From contig MU619289.1 of the NCBI GenBank assembly GCA_025201805.1, forward strand, positions 137,481-201,480: DNA of 64,000 nucleotides, written 5' to 3'. Source of the stretch: Parasitella parasitica NRRL 2501. Its lineage: Eukaryota > Fungi > Mucoromycota. Shown in pieces: positions 1 through 15,264 of the stretch; the stretch's first letter is position 1; each line of letters begins with the position of its first letter. The notes beneath the pieces were generated by a model, which was not told the origin of the DNA, ran no database searches, and worked only from the letters and a program-made list of their open reading frames with translations. The position numbers and the translations under genes were made by a program.

Positions 1-1955
1 TCAACACCACCTAACAGTACCCAGCCACCAGCGGGAACTCCCTCTACCTGGACACGATATCTAGACTCAAAAAGCCATGTATTCTCTACTTTTTGCATTG
101 TCATATCTTCCTCATCCTCGACCGAATATCCTTCTCCCAAGACACGTACAATTTGTCCAGCTTTGATACTACCACTAAATACTCTTCCAAAAGCATGGAA
201 CTCTGTACTATGTTCATTGTTGAAGAGTTTGGTAACTTGCACCATAAGAGGTCCTTCCGCATCGCAATTGATCATAGATGCAACTGTTGCTGAGTTCATG
301 GGCCCAGTATAAAAGCGTTCGACTTTGTGTGCGGCATTCTCAATAGGGGAAGGGATGTGCTTGGCAACCATCTCTACAAAAGAACCAGCCAGGCCAAAGA
401 ACTGCGTCAAAACCAAATGAAGTAAGGGCTTTACGTTCAAGTCATAATCCTTGGCTTTCAAGTAGATACCCAAAGAACGCAGTGTTTTTTTGAGCTCATC
501 TGAACTTTCACCGAGAACTTGAGCATATATCTTGTAAAGAGGCTCTAGAATGAAATGAACAAATGAGCGTTTGCTGGCTCCATTTTGCGATTTGCGGTTG
601 AATGAACCCTTTTCAGGGTTAAAGTAGATGTCGCCCCAAAGACGTTTAGCAAATTCATTTCCATCAAATTCGGCCTCGTAAGAATCAGCATAAAGTTTTG
701 AAAATGACTTGAGTGAAAAGATCCAGCCTGTTTGACTTGAAGCAAAGCAAACATTACCTAATTCAGGCGAAAGGCGAACATGACTTCCACCAGGTACAGA
801 GCTAAAAAAAAAAAGAAAAGAGAGGTTTTTTTTGTTCATTCCTCGTTTGAATTGCAAATTGTCACAATATAAACATACCGAATGACAGTATTCACCTCTT
901 CTATGGTATGGCGTAATTTATAATAAGCATCGGCAGGCGGCAATTTCAGTTCCAAAATCAAACGATCAACTTTGTTTATGACCAAGGTCATAGCAAGGCC
1001 CTCTCGAACACAGTGCTTAATCACTTGTTCGGTACTCACCATAACACCTTCAACCACATCAACGACAATAACGACACCATCGGCTAAACGTGTTGCTGCA
1101 ACAACTTCATCAATGAAATTAGTGTGCCCAGGTGTGTCCAAAATATTGAGTAAATATGATTTTTCCTTGATATCCTGCATCACCAAGGTAACAGGCATAC
1201 TTTTGATAGATACACCGCGCTCTCTTTCCAAAATATGTGTATCGGTATAACGTTCAGGCTGCTCGACATTGATTGAAATATCGTGTGTTTCTGAAATCAG
1301 CATATCTACGAATGATGTTTTGCCATGATGGAGATGGCCAACAACTGCAATGTTTCTAATCAAATCTGGATGGTTCATCAGGTCTGACATGTATCTAATT
1401 TTGTGCGATTTTAATGAATGGTGGCGAGTTTGTACAGGCAAGTATATGTATATATACATATATATATGTAAAAAAAAAAGGATAGCTTACTCTTTACTGT
1501 AATGTGTCTCTGGCAGATCGGTTTCGGTTACATTGAACTTTCTAACTTTGATGGGTGCAATGATAGGTTCAGACAATGGCTGCGTATCTTCTTCTTGGAC
1601 CATAGTTTCTACTTCTTCGCCGTACACTTCTTCAGCAGAAGGATAGTACTTTTTCTCTTCGTGCAATACAATCTGATTAGCAGGAATATCTAATGAGCAA
1701 AGCACGCGTGTGCCATATGAGAAAAACTGTACACTCAAGATACAGAGGGATTGCAACAGTTTGCCTACCATCTATTTGCATCATAGAATCCTCGTCGGCC
1801 TGCTCATTTGGCTGTTGTTGACCCCCCCGAGCAATGTCATCGTCGTCTTCGTCATCGATGTGTTCATCCTCTTGCTCTTCCATCAAATTCTCATCATCAT
1901 CGTCGAGATCAGGGCCGAGGTAGTTACCAAACTCGTCATAAAGTGAGTCATCCAT
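1..1955 (-). CDS. SNU114: U5 snRNP GTPase Snu114/EFTUD2; multi-exon, 3' part runs off the window
   Basis: N-terminus [17 protein letters not shown] with an acidic tract; exon [19 protein letters not shown]; GTPase motifs [28 protein letters not shown] at 1955. Confidence 0.95.
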
Positions 1956-4729
1956 TGTTAATATCCCAAAAAGTTCGCGTTGAGCTACGTCTATAAAAGG
2001 GAGAGTCAAATGAAAAGAGGAGGAAAGAAATTTTTTGACAATTGGCCCTTTTGCTTCGCAAGCCCACGTCATATGTGACTAGTGCAGATGCACATGTTGA
2101 GAGCTCCATGCCTACATCCTTCCAAAGATACTGTACCTGAATAGCCCCAGTGAACATCAGGAAAGTCAATAGATCAAAAGCTCAATTGACTATAAAACAC
2201 TTTTTTTTTTTTTTTGGGATCTAGACAAAGAAATTGCACTGCAAGCTGATCAAAGGATTCGGAATTAGCCATCTGAGCTGAGCAAGTCATTCACTTTTGC
2301 TCCATGGCAGATAAAACGAAGATATGACACGTTACTTATCCAGGCTACAATGACGATATACAACCTTATTCCGCTTAATTTATGTGAAAGCCAGTTTGAA
2401 AAGACATTGTGTTTACAATAAGCGTATAGCAGCACTCAAAGTTGCTTGGAATGCATACAGGATCGTTCCTATTAGATCCAGGATTCTAAATACCTGCATA
2501 GTAACCCAAAATGCCCATTAAATGCTTTATTTAAACATTTAGTTTTTGTTTGAAAAATTTCGCCTTTTGGAACAATATGTACTATTCGCTCTATTTCTAT
2601 AACATGAATACTGTAGCTATTACGTATATATTATATAAATTCTATCAAGATATCACATGAAAAGGAGGCAAAAAAAACCTTTTGTTTCTGAACTACTTGA
2701 AATTTACATACAGTAGACATAGTTCAATCAATGAAACTTTGCTTTTGCATTCGAAACCACAATTTTAAGCTGAGGGAAACATTGCTGCTTAGGTGTTTTT
2801 TGAACCTCAAAAAATTGCATAGAATACAAGCCTAGGAAACCAATTGTCTTCCAGAGGCAAAGATATTCCCAATTGAATCAAAAATTGTTTATGGAGATGT
2901 CAGCCATGAAACATGATTTTGATTTTGTGCTCTTCGGAGCAAAAAGGTTGCTTCTTGGCTTTTATAATTGGTATCTTTAAATCAAGTTATATTGATGACA
3001 ACTCTACAATATCTATTGAGATATGTCCAACTTGTGAAATCGCAGATCTGAGTCCCTTATGCACCCTCATGAAAAATCAGGGGAAAATTTGACGATGTCC
3101 GTGTTTGACACATTTTTACTAGTGTCTTGCTCAAAATCCAATATTTTTTCATGAAAAAAAAAAAACGCATCATATAGCTGTTGAAGTCTATTTGACATTT
3201 ACTGGTATTCAAAGTGGTCTTGTTTATAAATTATGCCACTATTTTATTAAATTGATAAAACTAGGCAAACATTGTGAAAAAAAAATTGGAATGGCTTGGG
3301 ATCAATTCGTATGTGCTAAAAAAAACACTAAAAAGCAGACATAGTTTTAATAGTAATCAGGTTGCTTTTTTGGGGAGAGGTCAACTGTCAAGATAGCATC
3401 ATTCCAAGCGGGAAAGAATTAATCATTTAAATTCTCAAGTGTCCACTTCATACCTGTCATAATGCTTAGTGTAGACGACTAAAATATATCTGTTTGTTTT
3501 TGTTTCATCCAAAAACATCAACTTTCCACCGAGAAATCACAATATTTATCATACCCCTTACTATATGTACCAGCATATAGTTTTATTAATTTCTGCATGG
3601 AAAATCCAGCTCTACCATATACATACCAATTAGTGCATTTATACACAAACAAGTTTTTTTAAAAAAGAGAGAAAGTGTTTTATCAAGTGCATTGTATGGT
3701 TGTATGGAAAGAGAATTAAATTTGTCAAGAATAATAAAGTTGTATCATATAATACCGAGATATCTGTACATGCAGATGAATATGTATATACATGTACATG
3801 AACAATGACCCTTGTGATATGTATGTAGTTTAGAAAGCTTACTTGAGTTGAAAGGTACATGGCTCCATCGGTTAACGAGGTTTAGCTTTCAGATTTAGTG
3901 GTACTACTTTACTCCTTACAAACAAGCTTTGATGCTGGAATTTGGATTCATTGCCTCAATATGCCTTGTATGTTTGTTGGCTGCCAGGCTTGAACATGAT
4001 AAGATACTGAAGCCCGTTTCTGTTACTGCTGCATACCTTTCAAGGATTGGGTCGATTTCGTCTTTATTGTCAAGCCTGGAAAATGCTTGCCACGGAACGA
4101 ATGATTAAGAAAAACCGAGGCGCATGTTCAAAAAATGCATGTATGGAGTAAAAGTAGACATGGAAAATGCTGAGGTTTGCCTAAAACAAAGCTTTATCGA
4201 ATCAAATCAATGATCAACAGACCAAAAAGGCAGGAGGTGTACAATCGGCAAGCTATAAACTAGTAAACTTTGAATCTCTTGTACATTACTGCTTCAGATG
4301 AAATGAAGAAGCTCCATTGAGCATGAGAGCGTACCTATTTTCTGACGAGTCATTCAGCTTGGGGGCCACCTTACATATTTGTAATTAATAGGGAGGATAT
4401 GTGTAATGTGCCCAAAAGAAATCAAGCATCATCTTGGCTTCTCAATGATGGTGGTGATGATGATATCACTTGTGAATATGTATATAAATGTACTGTTTTA
4501 TATGTACAACGTTCGTATTCCCTCAATTGTCAGCATTGCGCGTGTTCACACACTTTTTAATAAGAACAATTCATTTTTCTTTATTTCTTCTTTCCTTTCC
4601 CCTTTTCCGTTGTCTTTTCAACTGTTTAAAATAAAGGAGGGTTTATTGAAATAAGAAAATCTATATACACATAGTTTCCCTTTTTTATTCCTTTTCCTTT
4701 TTCTCTTATAATCTTTACACATCTTTCCA

Positions 4730-6359
<1,630 letters not shown>

Positions 6360-7117
6360 TAATTAAAATTATATTTCAAATGTATGTAAATTCACTATCG
6401 CAACAATATCACAGATTAAAAACACACACATATTGCAGAGCATTAATACATCCTCCACTCATCAGACAGCAAAATTTATATACAACCATATATCAGCCAT
6501 GATTTTATTCCCTTATTTCTACTCATTCTTCCCCCATACCCTCTTATATCTTATTTTATAAAATTACGCTATACCAGCACTTTCCTCCCCCCCCCCAAAA
6601 AAAAAACTAGAGACAAGGAGTAAAAATAATATCATGATGGCAACACAATAACAATGAAAAACGACTATCCTTTTTAACAATACCAATCAGCACATTTGAC
6701 GACCTCAAATGACGTTATATAAAGGCCAAACTAAGACGGACATACCGAATAGCATGCAGTGACCTTATCAGAGGATGGGCCTGGCGACATCCACAACAAA
6801 GCAGGCGTCTATAGATGAAGCCAGCAGTTGTGATGGTGCAATTTACATATCTGTAAATGCTCTCGCAACAATCAAACAGCATGCTTTCTTCCTTTGCTAA
6901 TGATGCGTTTATGTATGCTGTCCCTTGTCACTCAATACACATGAAACAGCATTTTGAACAATTACTGTTTATGGAATCACACTTCACCAAGCTTGATTAT
7001 CATAAGACTAGCATAAAACTTATGAGCTGAAATTCAATGATACTAATATAATATCGGCTCGAACCCCAATCAAAGCGACCACGCTACTCAGTTCTTAAAA
7101 TGCAATCAGAGGATGTC

Positions 7118-7317
7118 CTGTTTTCATCTTCTGCGTAATTGACACAGTTTTAGATGCATTTTATATTCTTTTCCCTCTTCTCCTCGCGCTATTATCTTAG
7201 ATTTATTTTATCNNNNNNNNNNCTGTTTTCATCTTCTGCGTAATTGACACAGTTTTAGATGCATTTTATATTCTTTTCCCTCTTCTCCTCGCGCTATTAT
7301 CTTAGATTTATTTTATC
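7118..7317. repeat. ~95-bp direct duplication on both sides of a 10-N scaffold gap (probable assembly overlap)
   Basis: ctgttttcatcttctgcg...ttagatttattttatc occurs at ~7118-7212 and again at ~7223-7317, separated only by Ns. Confidence 0.85.
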
Positions 7318-10300
7318 TTTTTCTTTTCAGTATAATTATCCTTATCCATATTTTCACATTGTTGAGCACCGCTTCTGATGGTCATTTAAAAAAAAAAATC
7401 AAAGCGACAGAGCGAGCCCTGTGCCAAGCTGCATCATCATCGCGAACGAAATAACGGTATGCTACGGAGGCTTCGGCGGGAGAGAATCAAATGACACAAA
7501 AAAGGGTGCGCAGTAATACCTTTTCAGCGAATGGGGGAATTATGAGAAAGAAGCATCCGATCAAGATCACAAAAGATCAAGTCAATATTTGAGGTAAAAA
7601 GTACTAAAATTCCCAATTTACAGAGGGTGGGAGGATCCATGTAGAGAACCTAGAGCATGAAATTCTGCCCAAAATGGTAGAACCGAAGCTGCCCATTGAG
7701 ATGCTAATTGTTAGCAAACACATTCACATCATCAATCAATTAGATATTACCATTCAATCCTCGAAGATTAATGCACCAATGTCACAAATATGCCAGAGTT
7801 AATGCCGGTCAAAGACACCTTGTTCATACCATCAAAATCTCCATTACTGTTTGCCATCGTTGAATTTGGTAAAAACCTTACCTCCTGATCGTTTGTGTCA
7901 CCATTTTATACATATCAGGATAATCATCTCCTTATATACAGTAAATATGCACAGTGTATTATAATTATTGTGCAACAGTGATAGGGAGGAGGAGCAATTA
8001 AGCTCATATGACGTAAATCAGATGGGAGAAATAATAACATTGGCAGTGTCCTGAATGCCAAAGATTGCATATTTTGTCATTTAATAAATTTGTAGTTTTT
8101 AGACACTTTTTCAACACAAATTTGGAGACAGAGATTCAAGAAGAGGTGCACACGAACATAAAAATTGACCCGTACGAGTTTCCTTTGGATAAATCAATGA
8201 GTGGAAAACAATTACCACAATTATATTTGGAATCGACAAAGGTTCGCTACAGCGCTAGTTGCTCCCACGGAGGTTGGGATGCCCCGAAGCGCATCAAATG
8301 CCTTGAAATGACCATGAAATTAGGTTTTTTTTAACAAAGCAAAGCGAGGGCCAAAAAAAACAGCATGTTTGATATGTATAATCAGCTTATAACCTCACCT
8401 ATCTACAACATTTACAATGAGACCGGCTTTTTGTAATGAATATTGCAAGCAACCACTGAATGGTTCTAAATAAGAAATGCATTAGAGGCATGTAGTCTTG
8501 ACACATATAATTGGCATCTAGTGCTTAGTCAACATACTGTTTCGCTGCAATTTAGATTATTGTTAATACTAGCTACTTTTTCATCCAATAAACCAAAATC
8601 ATTTCAAGTGCTCTTCCCAAACCAAACAGCCACACAAGACCCAAAAGGTTTCAAGTAGCAGTAGATCAACTCCTCCCCATCCAATTTTGGTTTCAGGCTG
8701 TTTCGAGTACCACTCTTTTTACCAAGAGAATGGGGAATAGCCGATTCAACAAAGCTGGCTACTGAAGGTCAGAAGATATAGCTGGATGTGTATTGCTAGA
8801 GAATCAATCAAAATTCGGCCTCATACAAGGCTCCGAGCTTTAGTATAGAGTATTAGTGTCTATGATAGTATTACCATAGATAGATCAATGAACACACTTG
8901 TTCACTCTGACAGCCTCAAAGATGCACGACGCGCTGACATTTCACTAATTCTTGCTTACAAACATTGTCGCTCTTACATCGTCCACACAATACCAACCTG
9001 TCTATAGCAGAGCTCTATAACTGGCATACATCAAATTAATTGATTAATTTACCCATATCGTCTTTAAAAATGAATTTTGGTATGCTGATGTATGGTATTT
9101 CTCCTGTGCCGTAACTTTTTAATTCGGCTTGACAGTTTGAAACCGTTGGTCTTCCTGGATAGAGACTAGACATCTCTATGGAACTGTTTGGAGGAATAGT
9201 GGTAGATGAATGCAGCAAAGTGAGTCTGTGAGATGTAGATTTGATTCAATAAAGTCATGGGCAATATTTTGATATTTTATATCAAAAACACTGCTTTTTG
9301 CTGATTATTCTGGATCCAACTCGCCACGCCCTCATATGAGATCATATAAAGGAGTAGCAATAGTGCAGAAGAATACATTTGTGGGGATATGGATTTGATT
9401 CAGAATAGTTATGGGTCATACTCTCGTTAATTTTTGTAAATATCGCATTAAATCATTGTTCGATTCACTGTTTTCAACAGCATCGGGTGTTTGATGCAGT
9501 TAAGATGCCTATATTTGTATTTTTTTATTGACTTTTATGCATGAACGATGACAAAGGAATAGTTAATGTTGGATTCAGTCATGTTTTTATGCTTCTATTT
9601 AGCAAATATGCATAGTCATTGTCAATTATATCCAAGTTTGATCGTTCCACACATCGATTATGGCTAAGACGCATTGTATCAGGTGTTACAAATATGCGCA
9701 TGTCAATTCATGTACTTTAAGCTGTCTGCATGTTGGATTAACAAGAAAGTACGCAAAATCAACTTTAATGTTGGTTGATATACACACCTTGTGCAACAAT
9801 TCCAACTGTACATATACAAGTTGCTAAAATGTGTGCGACATTTTGTTAAACCATGAGTGCACCATGCTCTTGAGGTGCTGCTCAACTATAATCATGTGTT
9901 TTACCACGGAGGATATGATATGTCGATCTCCATCATTGTTATACCTAAATAGTTAGTTCATCAAAACTACTATTTACATGCCCCGCTGGGTTATCATTGT
10001 TTGACCGTAGTAGACGTTTGATCTTGTTGCTTGGCACCAAGGCCTTTTGTAGTTGACCAACTCAAAGAAGAGCTGCTTCAATTCCATGATGAGGATGAAG
10101 CAGACAATTAATTGAAATTCTTGTTCCTCTTACAAAACAGTAAGTTGTGTTTATAGGTTTTCTACTGGACTCAATAGATCACAGTTTCTTGATTGCGTCT
10201 TTCTCTCTTGATAGTTCCATGCGACCTATTCACACGGAGTAGTCAACAAAGACTGTTTCTTATAAAATTCTTCGTTATTTGTATCTTCAAGTAGCATTTA

Positions 10301-11073
10301 TAGATCTGGCAAAAGTATAAAAAGTCTATAAGCGTGTCAAATTGGTATATCTTGCTTATATTATTGTAACTGACGGAAAACTTGAGTTCTGTGCTGTATC
10401 GAGATAATTAACATGGCATGGCATCTAAAAGTCTATTTTTTTTATAGCTAATGCAACATACGGCAGACCTCAGAGTGTATCATAAAGCATAAAATTATAT
10501 GCATTTACAACTAGTTGAATAGAAAATATGTCGTACATAAGCATCAAGATACAATGATGTAACTGTTTTTGCGTAAATCTATGTACTTTGCTTGAAATAT
10601 CAACGTGCTTCAATTGAGAACAGCATCCAAGGATTCAGGAATTATTCTTTTGAAGCCTTGTAAGTGCTACAGATTGCCATGGTAATTACAGCTCAATCAA
10701 GTAGCCATGCCATTGCTACACTTTGTGGCAGCATACATTGCCCCTGTATGCTGTTCGAGAAATGTCTCTGGTGGCCATATGTTATTCTATACACAATCAT
10801 GGTATATCTGTCAAGATAAACTAAAAGCCAAGATGATGCATAATTCATGTTATTAGACCAAGTTTAGCGATTTTACTGGTGCCCTCACAAAAATTGATGT
10901 TTTCGTTGTAATTATGCTTTGTTTTGTATCATACAACGAGAAAACAAAAGATTTAGATATATTAGTCATCCTTTATTATTATAAAGCTACGCGTGGGGTT
11001 ATTGAATTTAAGAAGAGAGGGTCTCTTCCAGAGGATGGGTATTTACAAGTCATATACATATGTTATAGTATAT

Positions 11074-11787
11074 TTATGAATGACGCTTGAAATACTGTAG
11101 CAATCGTTTTGAGAAGGAAGGCTTCTTTTGTTGACCTCCTGGCACCATGTTAAGCACTGGAGTAAAAGGATAGTCGTGATCTAATTTTGATTTTTTGGGT
11201 AAATGGAACACATTCATAAACGACTTGAATGAACTGAACGATGATGTTGAATTTCTCTTTGTCAGTGTTTGATTGATACTGATATTTCTCACATATGTGG
11301 GTTGTTGGCGGAACGAGTTGGCATCTTCCGATGACATTGTTGCACAGGATGATATAGTTGACTCGATCAGAACTGGCGCAACCTTGGAGAACTTGGTCAA
11401 GCCCGGAAGAAAGGTAACACCATGATAATGATCTTCTATCGTCACCATGCCATCATCATTGTCTTCTTCTTCGTCACTATTGCTGCTTCTGCTGGAGATA
11501 TCTTCAAGGTCGGGCAAAGATAATTGATCATCTGTCATACGGAGATTGCTGTCATGCCATGATTCTGAGCATTGGTCAAGCAAGTCCAAGGTCGTGGCAT
11601 CTGCGAGCTTTTCTTGCGGCAATAGCTCTGCAATTTGATTAGGTGTTATCAGTAGGTCATTACTATTCAACATTGCATTGAAAAATTCCTGGAAAATCCA
11701 GTCTGTAGCTTCAGGGAGCTTAGTGGTTGGACATGCTGCTAGTTTGGACATGTTGGAAGCGGAGGGAAATGTTGTTGAGCCAGCCAT
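11074..11787 (-). CDS. Hypothetical S/D-rich protein, ~237 aa, single exon
   Basis: Long uninterrupted ORF from ATG at 11787 (MAGSTTFPSAS). TATA-like TATATAAA lies ~75 nt upstream. No recognisable domain. Confidence 0.7.
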   Translation of the reverse strand: MAGSTTFPSASNMSKLAACPTTKLPEATDWIFQEFFNAMLNSNDLLITPNQIAELLPQEKLADATTLDLLDQCSESWHDSNLRMTDDQLSLPDLEDISSRSSNSDEEEDNDDGMVTIEDHYHGVTFLPGLTKFSKVAPVLIESTISSCATMSSEDANSFRQQPTYVRNISINQTLTKRNSTSSFSSFKSFMNVFHLPKKSKLDHDYPFTPVLNMVPGGQQKKPSFSKRLLQYFKRHS

Positions 11788-12736
11788 TTGTGTGTAGATG
11801 TACGTGGTAAAATATAGAGAAAGTGATAAAAGCAATAAGATCAAAATTGGAAGAATCCCTTTTATATACTCGCTGTTCCTAGAAAAATAAAAAAATTAAA
11901 AAAAAAAGAAACACTCAGAAAGAAATGAGTATACCCGCGTGTCAAACGCATGTATTTATCGTAGATAATTAACCGTTACAACGTGTTTTCAAATCAGTGC
12001 ACGCTCATTACATTGTATAATGGCGTAGTAGTAGTAGCATGGGTTACACTCATAGTCAGTGTGAGGTTATAAGTTATTGTTTAGTGTCACAGTATTTCAG
12101 CCAAGTTGGAAATGCTTCAGATTGTATGCGTTTTTCCATGTATCACAATACGGCTTAAACTAACTGCTGCTTATCAACCCCAAAATACCAAAACATGCAA
12201 GAAATTCAGTTCGAGTTTCTATAGATATTTGTCATTACTGATCAGGTTTATGCCTTTATTTCGATTATCCCAGAAAGGCGTACAGCTGGATAAAGGATTG
12301 ATACTCCAACTACCTTATTCTAGCAGAGCAGTTGCTCATTTTTGGCTCGTTAACAAGGATAAAGTGTGAAATTTATAGCTTGCTGATTAGCAAATATATC
12401 ATATATTGATCATAGATAGACATCATATGAGGATACACCTACTAAACAGAAATGAAACGTTTTTTCTAACAGTTAGATTCTTACCAGAATCAGACACTTA
12501 TTACAAAACACTGCTCTCCGCGTCATTGTCATGTAATTTTCTACTGGTGGCTATATTCGTCTAGATTCAGATGAATTGCTCACAGGCTTCATCAAATATT
12601 ATATAGCAGCGTAAACATTTGCTTTTAAAGGAAACTGTGATACTGATATTCATAATCCGTATTATCAAAGTAAGACACTTCAAGTATCTTTGCTATTTTG
12701 TTTAAAATCAACGTGAATAATCATCGGAAGCTTCCG

Positions 12737-12767
<31 letters not shown>

Positions 12768-13097
12768 CCAAGGGAACCAATTTCTTTGCATGCTAATGAA
12801 CGTCGATCATCCTGTACAGGTCGTGTCATCCATCATCTTGCAATTTTCCGTCTAGAACAACTGCCAATTAATGAGGATAATTACCATGTCTATCCAGACG
12901 AAGTGAGGCAAATAATTTTTTTATAAACAAAAATGAAATCAACAAGACCACATATTGTTCTTTTCTTTTCTTTATATTCATAGCAATTAAAAGGATCATG
13001 TGTAACTTCTTGGTTGATTCACTCGTCGATTCATTATAATCGTTATGTCAACAAGGTCTCTTCTTGTTGCTCTTCTTCTCTTTTTTGTTGATATAAT

Positions 13098-13433
13098 ATG
13101 ACTCGTAGAAAAAACTCACCAGCAGCCCCAACGATGCACGCTTGCGAACGCCAAGATGCTGCAAAACACCCAGCCTCGTGCGTGGGGGCCACAACAACAG
13201 ATGAAATTGATGACATTCACTATGACCAATTTGACAATGCGGAAACTCGCTGTGGTTGCGGTATGGTCTTGGCACAAGGCTGGGCTTGTGATAACTGCAG
13301 AATTAGCTGCCCTGGCTGCAATCGTAGCCTCACTGATGATCCTCAAGACTTTTGCTCTCGCTGTAGCTCTCAATGTCCAGAGCACGGCCTGTATAAAAAC
13401 GAGGATTTCAAATCATGCCCTGAATGTGTTTGA
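13098..13433 (+). CDS. Small Cys-rich putative multi-zinc-binding protein
   Basis: CGC..CDNC..CPGC..CSRC..CPEH..CPEC pattern within 111 aa. The true start may be on an upstream exon near 13025. Confidence 0.7.
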   Translation: MTRRKNSPAAPTMHACERQDAAKHPASCVGATTTDEIDDIHYDQFDNAETRCGCGMVLAQGWACDNCRISCPGCNRSLTDDPQDFCSRCSSQCPEHGLYKNEDFKSCPECV

Positions 13434-13664
13434 TCAACAATAGTGTAAAATCCCATCTGTACATAGTGCTCGCAAATGCGTGTCAATATCTTGAATTGTT
13501 ACGAATAAATCTATTTGGGCTCATTCTCTGTCTTTAACCTCGGAGATGATGTATTGTATTTTATGCATCCTATTGACTTTTTTTCGAGACGGTTTAAGGT
13601 ATCTGCGGTTGAAAAACCACACTGCCAACGCGCTCCTTTCCTTTTCTTTCTTTTATTGACAAAT

Positions 13665-15232
13665 ATGCTTCAAGTTGGTTTCATTACACCTTTCAGAATA
13701 GTTTTGCTAGTCTTGATTGACAAGTTCTGCAAGTACAGCTTGCATGATTCACTACTACCGAAACTCGCCGTTTACATCACAAAGAGTATTCTGGTAAGTG
13801 CATACACACTCCCGATTCAAACAGTGAATGCCAAAGATTGACATTTGCCAGAACGAGGAGCACATCAGAAACACCTGCTCTGAGCCGTCGATGAAAGACA
13901 TATTTTCAGAAATATCAAACTGGAGTTACAAGAGATATATCATTGAGCCAACATTGCAGGATTTAGAGTTCAAAGTATGCACAGCTGACAGCTTTGATTT
14001 ATAACGGCAAATTGACACTCTCATAGTTGAATTCAATCAAAACACAACATGCCCTTAATGAATTCATGGACTGTAAGTGATCTACAATGAAAAAACGATC
14101 CTAATTTCGTACTACTGCTCACTGATTACGTCAATTGCAACAAAATAGCTCTCAAAAGTTTATTAGATGCTGAATCAGAGGTACATCTTTTTTTTTTAAA
14201 AAAAACCCCTCCCCCCAAAAAAGCAAGGGTATTAATTCTCTGTGTAGGAAGAGCGAGATAAATTGAAAATGGTAAATGATGGGTTGCCATACCGTGTAAG
14301 CGATTTGATCATTAAACAGCCGTATACGCTAACAGGAGAAAACAAGTGTGATGGGTCTGTTTGTCAGGAAATGCAGAATTGAGTATACAATATTACCATT
14401 TGATCAATTACAGCATATCTTTCAAGCATACCAACAGTACCTCAATGGCGTAGCTGGAGACACCGAATTTGAGAATCCAGACAAATCCACACACTGGATT
14501 TCTGACTACAATGTAGCCGAGTTCTTGCGATATCAAGCACAGACCATTGAACGAACAGGCACGACCAATATCAGCCCTCCTGTGCTGCACACCTACTTGG
14601 ATAAATTTGAAAAGCAAGTGCCCTCCATCAATATCATCCGGCAAGTTCGATACCTCAATTATACCCGAACAAAGGAATACATCCAGTCATTATCCCACTT
14701 GCATTTTTCGATTGATATGAGCTTGGATAAAGGAGTGTAAGTAGGATATCAACCATTGATCGACTATACAAAGCTAAACTGTTGGATATGCAGCAATGTA
14801 CAGTACGCACTGCTGCATCTGGGAATTATGGAATACAAGTTTGGGCATTCATTTAATGCACTATCGGTATGTTTTTGGAGTGGTAATGGGCGACTCGTAC
14901 AAAAAAAAAAAAAAAAAAAAAAAAGTAATATTGACTGGATTAGGCCTTGAATGATGCATTATCGGCTGCTAGATCCAACAAGGACGAGCTATGCTTACAA
15001 GAAGTCCAATTGTAAGTCTAGATTCATTCTGTACAGAACAAATAATTAACCGATTGCAAACGCTTAGCTGGATTGAGGTCTGCAGAAAAAACCACCCCTT
15101 CAATGAATTCAGTTCTTATTCAGATAATTATCTGAACAACCTCAAAATACTGACAAGAGCTCGTAACCTACTGCGAAATGTAAGTGCCTAGACATAAATC
15201 CAGACAACCGAAAACTTGGTGTATATAACAAT

Positions 15233-15264
<32 letters not shown>

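Noticed and set aside
7050-7095. GGTTCGAGCC B-box-like and A-box-like motifs on the minus strand
   Set aside because: No tRNA cloverleaf could be built, and no RNase P/MRP/snRNA consensus is nearby.
7118-7317. Tandem ~95-bp duplication
   Set aside because: The copies abut an N gap; most likely an unmerged contig overlap.
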